Source: Zygnema circumcarinatum SAG 698-1b (taxonomy: Eukaryota > Plantae > Zygnematophyceae). From it: a stretch of DNA of 64,000 nucleotides. Shown one piece after another: positions 21,529 through 30,201 of the stretch (positions are counted from its first letter, which is position 1; each line of letters opens with the position of its first letter). Made by a program: the position numbers and the translations under genes. The notes under the pieces are model-generated. The model did not search any database, was not told the DNA's origin, and was given only the letters and a program-made list of their open reading frames with translations. The stretch spans positions 2,604,001-2,668,000 of the forward strand of contig CM074814.1 in assembly GCA_037447605.1 (NCBI GenBank). The letters run 5' to 3'.

Positions 21529-24202
21529 AAGAAAATGATGTTTGATTGAACTCACGATGGCAAGGCCATCAAATGTACATGGAGAAAATCGACATAAGGA
21601 ACCAAAAGAAGCGGTCACAACGGACATAAGGACCAAGAGAAAGCCTTGAAACGGAAATCAACTTCTAGGCGCAACAACACGGCACTAGAAGCAGCCGCGA
21701 AGGTCGCCAATGTGGGGCGCAGTACGCGCGGGAAGGGGCGGAAGACCACTGGGACNNNNNNNNNNAGGTCGGGCCGCACATTGCGCTCGCCCGTTGAAGT
21801 CGGCCGAGGTGGTATAACATGGGTCGGCTCGCGCTGCACAAGGTAACCCGCCTCCTGAGCCACGGCGGCAATAGCATCACGGACAACATTGTGGGCCAAA
21901 ATGCGCTCGCCACCGCGTACACACCGAAGAAGATGCACACCCTGCGCATCAATCGAACGACCACAACCACAACGGGGAGAGCCCTGCAAAAGGGGGTGGG
22001 GGAGCCCAAGACGAAGACGTGCAGCAAGCTGAAACTGGCTCGGAGAGAGTCGAAGGGTGGAAAAAATCGGGGTAGCAGCCAGCCACGCCCCTGCACCAGG
22101 ACCAGCACAAGATCGCAATCGAGCACGCGCAACATCGGAAGGGAGAGCCGCAATAAGGGTAGAAAACTCAGCAGCAACAACCTCCTCTGTCACAATAGTC
22201 TGGACGCGCGAAACAGACTCAACAGCCAGGGAAACAAAAGGGGGAACACGGGCTTGGGCACTAGAAGGGAGCAAACCATGAGCAGCGCGCAAAGCAATCT
22301 GGAAGGGAAGATGACCATCTGTAGCGTAACGCTACAGCGTGACCCTGGAGGCGTACTGATAGTGATACTATGACTATCCCTTCATCTTAGCGCCTAGCGG
22401 TTAGGTTAGGACGCTGCCAAGATTGCAAGAGGTCTTGGGCTCGATCCTTGTTGCAGGCAAGGGATCTCTTTTGGATCGTACTGGTCGTCCGTACAGGTGT
22501 ACGGACGCACCGCACCGCTCGGCGGCGCGACCCGCGAGATGCGGCGGCATCTTTTGACAAGTACCGTCCGTACTGTACGGGCGGGCTGACAGGTCTGACT
22601 CTGTCAGACTTAGCCGTGCGCCGCTGCACGACGGCGCGCCGCTTCGCGACGCGCCCCGTGAGATGCGGCGAGACCACGGGCTTGTCCTCAGCCGATAACT
22701 CGGCTAAGGATCTCCGCCACACGGCGGGCTCTGATTGGGCAGTCCCGCTCCCGGTCCTCCATGCTGGTAGGGGGTTCAACGGGGGGAGCTTAAGGGGGAC
22801 TGCGCCCGGATGGGAGACCATCCGAGCTCTTTGTACCAGCATTGAGCTCACGCTCTTCTCTCTCTCTCTCTTTCTCTCTTTGGCACTTAGACTCTCAGAG
22901 CAGCCTGCCAGGGGGCAGGTTGTTACACCATCATCAACATGAGCAACAACAGACTGGAGCAACGTCCGATCATCCACAAGGAAACGTGAAGCTAGAACCG
23001 GAGCAACAAGCTCCCAACTACCCAAAAAGGCAGGGGATGCAATACGTGTAGTTGGGACAAGCCCCAAACCGCCTGCAGAAATAGGGAGCGAGGCTTGCAA
23101 ACGAGCAAGCGGGCCTTCCGGCCGGTCAAAAATACCCGCACCCAAGAGGCGATGACACACAGAAAATAAACGCTCATCAAAAGATCGCAAAGAAGCAAGA
23201 AAAGCATCGGTAGGAGGGAGGGTCCGTAAGAGGTAAGAGGGACGTAAGGCAAAACAACGAGTAAGTAAGGAAAAAGCCACCTGAGGATCAGAAAGATGAG
23301 GCAACTCATCAACCTGAGACACATCCTCAACCAAAGCATCCTCCACAAAACGATCAACATATGATGCAGCTCCAAAAGGGCAACCAAGGACGCGGATACC
23401 AAGCGCGTCTGAGCAAGTCTGTATACCCGACGGTAGCGAAAGGGAAGAGGGGAGACCAACTGGAGACCAAGCAAAACATTTGGACAAATTAACAGTAAGC
23501 TGCAAAGCTGCCAGCCGAGTACGAAAATCAGTAAAAGCAGCAACAACCTGGTCGGCGGGGCCAAGAATGTGAGTATCGTCAGCAACGGAAGGGAAAAGGC
23601 ACCCTGGAAAGGCTTGTGCACACGCTCGAAGCGCACGAAGGTGTGCCAAAGCAAACAAAGGACCCCCTAAAGGGTCGCCCTGGCGCGTCCCTGTCGCAGA
23701 CTCAAGATTGCCAAGAAAACTGCTAGTACCGCCAAAAGGGAAAAGGAGAGGGCTCGAACGAGAATAAAAGGCACGAACAAAGGGAAAAATAGAGGCGATA
23801 GGGGCAGGAGCCTCGCGCAACTCCCGAAAAATCTCCTCACGTGCAACACTGTTGAAGGCGTTCGTCACATCAACCTGCAAAACCACCCAATCCGGATGAA
23901 GGTCAAGCGTCGCTCGAATACCATGAACGACCGCCTCGCAACCCCCAGGGGTGGCGACACCAAACTGATAAGGGGAAAAATGATCCTGAAAAGCCCCCTG
24001 CAACTGCAAACACATAGCACGGGCAACCACACGATACAAGACCTCCCCCACAGCGATGGGGCGAACGCCGCCGGCAGGCTTGGCAAGAGCCACTAAGCGA
24101 GCAAAAGTAAGGAGATGACTAATAGACACAGGGACACGACCCTGAGCAATGATGGAAGCAAGCTGAAAAAACAAAGTAGTAATATAGTAGTAGTAAGAGT
24201 AG
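21529..24202 (-). mobile_element. 5'-truncated CRE-clade non-LTR retrotransposon (RT + CCHC + restriction-like endonuclease)
   Basis: RT motifs VRPIAVGE, QFGVATPGGCE, QVDVTNAFNS, GTRQGDPLG, VADD. C-terminal CGC...HLLRC...HNVVRD zinc finger and RPD (then N-gap 21756-21765). Candidate TSD TAAAAG (21523-21528 and 24203-24208). Confidence 0.9.
22320..22927 (+). mobile_element. 608-bp solo LTR inserted in the CRE ORF
   Basis: TGTAGCG...TGTTACA termini, TSD CCATC (22315-22319 and 22928-22932). Excision restores VAHVDDG-HLPFQIALRAAHG. Confidence 0.93.
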
Positions 24203-24364
24203 TAAAAGTAGTAATATATTACAAAGTAAAACACTATATTACATATATTATACCCACTCGTTTTGAACAATTAACGACCGTACGACCCGTACGGTCTTAC
24301 CATACCAAAATTAGGTCGTTTTGGCGTTGGCGTTGCAAAATGCGTCCGTCTGGTTCACTCTGTC

Positions 24365-24808
24365 TGTAACAGAACCTGCCTCCAGCAGGGTTCGAACTCA
24401 GGACCTCCCGGTATTCACCTAAGTGCTTTACCATTAAAAGGCAACCGCGGATGTACGTACTCGGCCATACAATCCATCTATAGCGTTTCGCTACATTCCT
24501 CCCCACCTAAACCGGGCTCGTCCTCGAGCGCAGTCAAGGTTTTTCACGAGCAGCGTTCAAGCTCCTTCAACACATGTGTAGGACGGTTCAGACCCCCATT
24601 GGCCAACCATACCATGCTCAGAGATCACGGTGTTTTTGGGGTGGATTGCAAATACCGGGCCCTTGGCTCTGATACCAATGTAACGAACCTGCCTCCAGCA
24701 GGGTTCAAACTCAGGACCTCTCGTTATTCACCTAAGTGCTTTACCATTAAAAGGCAACCGCGGATGTAAGTACTCGGCCATACAATCCATGTATAGCGTT
24801 TCGCTACA
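24365..24808 (-). mobile_element. TRIM (444 bp) with tRNA-like module in each LTR
   Basis: LTRs 24365-24495 (131 bp) and 24679-24808 (130 bp), 5 substitutions plus 1 indel. PBS TGGTATCAGAGC (24666-24677), PPT TAGGTGGGGAGGAA (24496-24509), TSD CTGTC (24360-24364 and 24809-24813). Confidence 0.96.
24377..24442 (-). ncRNA. tRNA-derived (pseudo-tRNA, GAA-loop) segment in the TRIM 3' LTR; second copy 24690-24755
   Basis: GCCTTTTAATGGTAAAGCACTTAGGTGAATACCGGGAGGTCCTGAGTTCGAACCCTGCTGGAGGCA: D-loop-like TGGTAAAGC, variable loop GAGGTC, B-box GAGTTCGAACC, GCCTTT/GGAGGC acceptor-like pairing. Only 66 nt with weak stems. Confidence 0.65.
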
Positions 24809-26102
24809 CTGTCTGCTCGTGCTCGTGCTCGCCGCCGAGAGGCAGGGACATGTACGGTCGTACGACCGTACGACCGTATGACCGTACATGATGTAAAGGC
24901 GTTGTAAAGTAATATATATCAGCCGTTATCTAGTCGTCACAGTTGTATAATATAATATATATTATATAGTCGTAATTAATCCATCCCTAATCACGACTTC
25001 ACGAGCACCCACGCCTCCATGGTGCATTGCGCGCAACAATAACTTGCTACAGGTCGGATCAACCAACACAACATCCCCAAAAATTTGCCGAGCAGCGACT
25101 ATAAGAGAGGGCCAAATTAGGGCGAACTCGCTCGCCACAAACAGTCGATCGAGGGGGTATGATGTGGCTCGGCTCCATTTTTTTTGAAATCCCGCCCTTT
25201 CCATTTTGGCTCCCCACCCATTTTGGATATGTCGGGAGGAGATAATCCCTCCCCTTCCCCCTCCCCGCCCCTGCCCTCCCCTCCCGTCCTCTCCCCTCCC
25301 CTCCCCTCCACTCTCCCCTCCTCTTCTCGGTTTGCAATTTCCACTTAGGTGTAGCTAGTTTGGCAGCTTGTAGGCTTCAAATGCGCAGACACTTTGTCGA
25401 GTTTTTCTATATTTAGGAACTTTTTATTCTCTTTTTATTCTTTTCTCTCGGTGGGTGTGAAGCTTGTAGTGTACAGTAGGAATGGATTAGTTACGACTAT
25501 ATAATATATATTATATTATACAACTTTGACGACTAGATAACGGCTGATATAGTGATATATATTAATTTACAACGCCTTTACAACATGTACGGTCGTATGG
25601 TCGTACGACTGTACGGTATTATGCGACCCGAGCACGAGCAGACAGAAAACCAGACGAACGCATTTCGCAACGCCAACGCCAAAACGACCTAATTTTGGTA
25701 CAGTAGGGGGTCCTCATATTTTCCACCCTGGTTCCGGGCAAAATGAGGCGAAAATATTAAATTTGCATATATAAGGTTCGTGTTACGAATAGACGGGCGG
25801 TATTATGTTAGAGTTCATGTTGAGTTGCACGCATCCTACGTAACCCCATATCGTACTGTATTTCCAATTTGCACTCGCATCATTCAACATCGTATTTATC
25901 GCCAACATCGCGAATTGCAGATACTGTTGCACATACTGTTGCTATCCCACCATTCGGGAGTTTTTGGTATTTGCACTTGACTTGGAAATTTGTATTGTAT
26001 CTTGATTGTATCCAGTTAGAGACGGAAAAAAGTAGCGAGCGCCTCTTATGGTTGCATCGTAGCGGGGAGATTAGGTGCGTTTTGCGTAAGCCCGTAACGG
26101 CT

Positions 26103-26156
26103 AGTACAGATAGTACGGACAGTACGAACAGTACGGATAGTACGGAAAGTACGGCT
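26103..26156. repeat. 9-bp tandem repeat (AGTACGGAN) x6 inside the long-TIR element
   Basis: agtacagat/agtacggac/agtacgaac/agtacggat/agtacggaa/agtacggct. Confidence 0.85.
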
Positions 26157-27424
26157 AACACAAGTTACTGTACAAAAAAGTGGTTTCGGCAAAATTGGGG
26201 CGAAAATATTGAGGACGCACTCCTTGGGGTGTGTAGCACAAGATAAGTGGGGTTAAGGGGAGACTGCTGAGCTAGTTGCAGGTGTTGTACGGCCACTCGC
26301 GCGTCCGTGCTGAAACTGATGAAGGGTTGTGTTGGTGCTGTGGGTCTGCCTGCAGCATCAAGCCAGATAAAAGAGATCAAAGGTGCGCGGCAGCGAAGGC
26401 GTGGGACCCAGAGATGTTCCACAGGCAGGGCTGGACTCAATGCAGCAAAGAGCCCTTCCTTGGGGGCTCTCTTCCCCTGTCCTCTCTTCGGCTATTCTCT
26501 TCGCTAGACTTCTAGTTATCATCGGTCATTGGGAGGAGTGTAAGGCAGGATATCACAAGATGGTAGCTTGGCATAGTGACAGCAAAGGGAAAATAGGACT
26601 CAACTTAGATAAAGGTTGTGTTTTGGAAACTCACCCCAGCCAGCGATTGGCTGGGGATTGTCATTCCAATGAAAGTGTCTTCTCACTGAAATCTTTGTCT
26701 GGCTGGGCTGAATGGGATGTCTAAATGCTATCAGCAAGAAGACTCTTTCTCTTTCTCTCCATGCAATGGAACTCTCTCTCTCTCTCTCTTACTTAGCATC
26801 TGTTGCTGGAGCTAAAGAGGCAGAAAAAAGCAGAACAAGACAACAAACCACACAGCAAATACAAATACTAATCCCAGCACTAAAAGACAAACTAGCATCA
26901 CTGACATCCCATCTACTTATCACTGACAGTAGATCCTGAGTCTTAGCAGTGACAGTCTCTGATTGGCCAACTGCCCACTGAGAGGCCTGACTGACTACGT
27001 GGAGCCTTCTGATAGGTCAACAAATGACAATCGGCGGCATTATGCGGCGCTTCCGAGTGCGCCTTGCTGGATGGTGTGCTGTTCCGTGGGCCGCCAACGC
27101 ATGGCGCCGCCTTCTCGCATTCTCCGCCGGCAGCTCCTGGATTGTGCTGGTCCGTGACACTGAAGAGGCATATGTCAAGTACAACTGAACTGACGCGGAT
27201 CCGTCGAGCGCAGCTCCACTACGCTACAGGTGGTAAATACGAGGACCCCCCACTGTACGGTACGACCGTACGACCGTACTCGTACGGTCGTACGGTTGTT
27301 AATTGTTCAAAAAGAGTGGGTATAATATATGTAATAAAGTATTTTACTTTGTAATATATTGCTAATTTTAAACCCGTTGTAAATTATATAATATATTCGG
27401 AATTTATAACGCGGGCCATCCCTA

Positions 27425-28206
27425 GTGTACAATAGGGGTATAGGCTAGCGTAGTACACTTTACTGTCGTTAGCCGTTGTCGCCGGTCCTTCGAAGATTTG
27501 GTCACAGTCTGACAAGAGCGCTAGGAAGACAGCAGGTCTGAATAGGACACGTGGAGGGCGGCGATAGGCCGCGCCACCAGTGGAGTCCGCTTAGAATTGA
27601 TGAGTGTAGTCTAGGCACGTGGCGCGCAGCGATAGGCCGCGCGGCTGCAAGTTAGCTTAGTACCGCTTATTGGAGACACGAAGGGACGCGGAAGGTTCGG
27701 GCTGCGAGGGAGGGCGTTTTCGGTACGGACACTCCCACTGTCCATGGCGGCCCCTCAGGCTGAGCTCCCGCGCGGTGCGAGCGAACTCCAGGAGGCGTGG
27801 AGCAACTCCACCGACATGGAGGTGGCGCACGGTGGAACGTGGAGTTGCTGCAGCTGCTAGTATATAGTTTTCATTTTGCTTATTGTTTAATTAACCCTTA
27901 GAACCTTACATCTTGGCTCGCGGTGCTGAGTGTAGAGGTCTGCTGTATGGGCAGAAGTAGATAGGAGTTTCTGGGCAGAGAATTAGATATCAGCTGCGAT
28001 CTGAGTTTCTTTGTATGTCACAACTCTATTTATTTAAGGAGTTTTGAGCCAGAGGGGGCTTTCTCCTTTTACTTCACTTCTCGGTGTTTTATCTTCAGTA
28101 TTCATTCTCTCTTTCCAGTGCGTAAATTGGGGGAGGTTTGTTCGCTGAATTACAAGCATGTCTGAGAGTGAGGTTAGTGAGGGAGACCGGGCTCTAGTTT
28201 CCAACA
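27425..28206 (+). mobile_element. Solo LTR (same family as 12978-19537), missing its first few bases
   Basis: GTACAATAGGGGTATAG start, ATGTCTGAGAGTGAG...CCAACA end, collinear similarity to the reverse complement of 18599-19537. Abuts the TIR end and has no 5' TG or TSD. Confidence 0.85.
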
Positions 28207-28869
28207 AAGCTCTGTGATGATGTAATGGTTGACCTGCTTGTTTTCTTTCTCCTTCTCTCTCTCTCCTCTGCTCTCTCTCTTTGCTCTCTCCTCTGCTCTC
28301 TCTCCTTTGCTCTTTCTCCTTCTCTCTCTCTCCTCTGCTCTCTCTCCCCTCTGCTCTCTCTCTCCTCTACTCTCTCTCCACTAGTCTCTCCCCTCCTCTC
28401 TCTCTCTTCTGCTCTCTCTCCTTTGCTCTCTGTCTCTCTCTCTCCTCTGCTCTCTCTCTTTTTTACTCTCTCACTCTCCTCTGCTCTCTCTCTCTCCTCT
28501 CCTCTGCTCTCTCTCCTAAGCTCTCTCTCCTCTGCCCTGCTCTCTTTCTCTGCGAATGTGTCTTTACGGACGTTGCGCTGATGTGTGAGAAGGACAAAAC
28601 AGGGGGGTGAATATCCAAAATGGGGAAGGGCGGGATATCCAAAACAGAGAAATGGGGAAGGGCGGACTAGCCAAAATGGGAGGGCGCGATTTAAAAAAAA
28701 ATAGGGCGGGATAACCCAAAAAGGGGAGCGAAGTATCATTTTCCTATTCTAATTTATCTTTTGTTTGGGAAGAAAATTTTGGATTAACGCCCAAGAATGG
28801 ATTGGGCAATGAAAAGTCTAGATGCATAAATATCATTAAAGGCTAGCTGTGAAAATTTTACTCGTATTT

Positions 28870-28970
28870 CACATCGATCGAACCACCACAAAGAGAACGA
28901 GTAGAGCCCTGCAAAGGGGGGTGTGGGAGCCTGGGACGAAGCTGCGGTGCAGGCTGAAACTGGCCCCGGG
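28870..28970 (-). mobile_element. Short relic of the CRE element zinc-finger region
   Basis: agagccctgcaaagggggg..ggagcc..gacgaag..gcag..gctgaaactggc matches 21955-22045. Confidence 0.7.
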
Positions 28971-29799
28971 TCCGACGAAGGCCATATTACATTTCAGCAA
29001 CTCTGATCTGACAGACTGAATTGACCGCTCCGCTCTGCGCCTGGTTTGATTGGTGGGGGTCCCAAAGACGTGTTCTTTTCTAATGACTGGAAAAAAATAA
29101 GAGTTGACGCCTAAGCACTCAGACTATTTACGTTAAGTCAAGCGGGTGTTATCAAGGCGTGTGTACGAGCCAACCTAATGTAACCCGAAAGCAAAAAAAC
29201 CGCGTTTCAGCAGCTTTTCATTTTATTTTTCTCCATCAAGGCTTTGGCAATATGAACAAATTTGTTTTTTCTTTTTTAGAAAATGGACGACCTGCTCTGT
29301 CGAGCTTGTCCTGAACAGTCTAAAAACTGCAAACCCAGTTTCATAAAATTAAAGAAGGAAAAAAAGGGAACTGAAAGGCATAAGACCGTTTAGCCAACGT
29401 TATTTTTATTCAAAAGATACCTTCGATAAAGAAAACCCCAAAACTGTTTAAAATACAGAAACAACCACAATATTTAACTAAGTGTGATGGCATCGTACAA
29501 TGGCCTTTCCTGGAAAACGAAGAGACGAAGAAGAAGGGCAGAGACAGTACCCCCTCCCCCTCCCCCTCAAGATCCTCTAAAACCCTAAAGCTCCTAAAAC
29601 AATTGGCTTCCAATCTTTATTTTAACGGAAGCAAATAAGCATTAAGTTATTAAGCAGTAGAGCGTAACGCTTATCCATACATCGTAGGTGTACTTTCGCA
29701 CATAAGCTTAACGATATAAACAATGGCCGTAATCAAAACATTCAGTCACATGGAATCCAGTCATGAGTTGTCACGGTTCTCCCATTTCGCTTCGCCTGC

Positions 29800-30140
29800 A
29801 TCATCGGAGCAACTCGGGTTTAGGGTTTTCCAAGAGGGCTTGCTGGGAAGTAGGGCTTTTAGGATTTCTTAGAGGTTTTAGGGTTTTTAGGGTTCCTTAG
29901 GAGTCTCAGGGTTTTGCAGGATCCCCAGGTTTATAGGGTATTGAGCGTTTTCAGGGGTTTTTCAGGGTTTCGTGGGTCCTCAGTGTCTCTTAAGGATTTT
30001 TGGGTATTTTAGGGTCAAATAGAATTCTTTAGGGTTTGCTGGTCACAACAGGCTCTTTTTCAAGTTCAGGGGTTCTCGAAGGGTTTCTTTCGGTTTTCTA
30101 GAGGATAATAGGGTCATTTGCTGGAACTTAGGGGAGCTAA
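29800..30140 (+). repeat. Degenerate interstitial TTTAGGG-like tract 3' of CAMTA
   Basis: Repeated ttttaggg/ttcaggg variants. Confidence 0.75.
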
Positions 30141-30201
30141 ACTCAGGATCTGTATCAAAGACATCAAAGGCATCATCGAGGGCATCCAAGCGTGAGAGTA
30201 T

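Larger units (their letters stand above)
24305..25698. mobile_element. Fold-back / long-TIR non-autonomous element (TIR about 220 bp, TA TSD)
   Basis: CCAAAATTAGGTCGTTTTGGCGTTGGCGTTGC termini are inverted. Left TIR (24305-24364 plus 24814-~24985) matches right TIR (~25480-25698). TA at 24303-24304 and 25699-25700; excision restores the outer element's TIR. Confidence 0.88.
21469..27424. mobile_element. Non-autonomous long-TIR DNA element (TAGGGATG termini, hAT-like ends; TIR about 190 bp) carrying nested insertions
   Basis: Right TIR about 27229-27424 matches in reverse complement the left TIR reassembled from 21469-21528, 24209-24304 and 25701-25727. No transposase recognised and no TSD found. 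Confidence 0.85.

Noticed and set aside
22387-24270. Single 627-aa RT ORF with a novel C-terminal domain
   Set aside because: The C-terminal part is antisense read-through into the 608-bp solo LTR, and the N-terminal Tyr-rich part is TIR/microsatellite sequence.
24377-24442. Functional tRNA-Phe gene
   Set aside because: Only 66 nt, the 5' D-stem strand is missing, T and anticodon stems pair poorly, and it is duplicated as part of LTRs. Its 3' end overlaps the LTR terminal hairpin shared with the 608-bp LTR.
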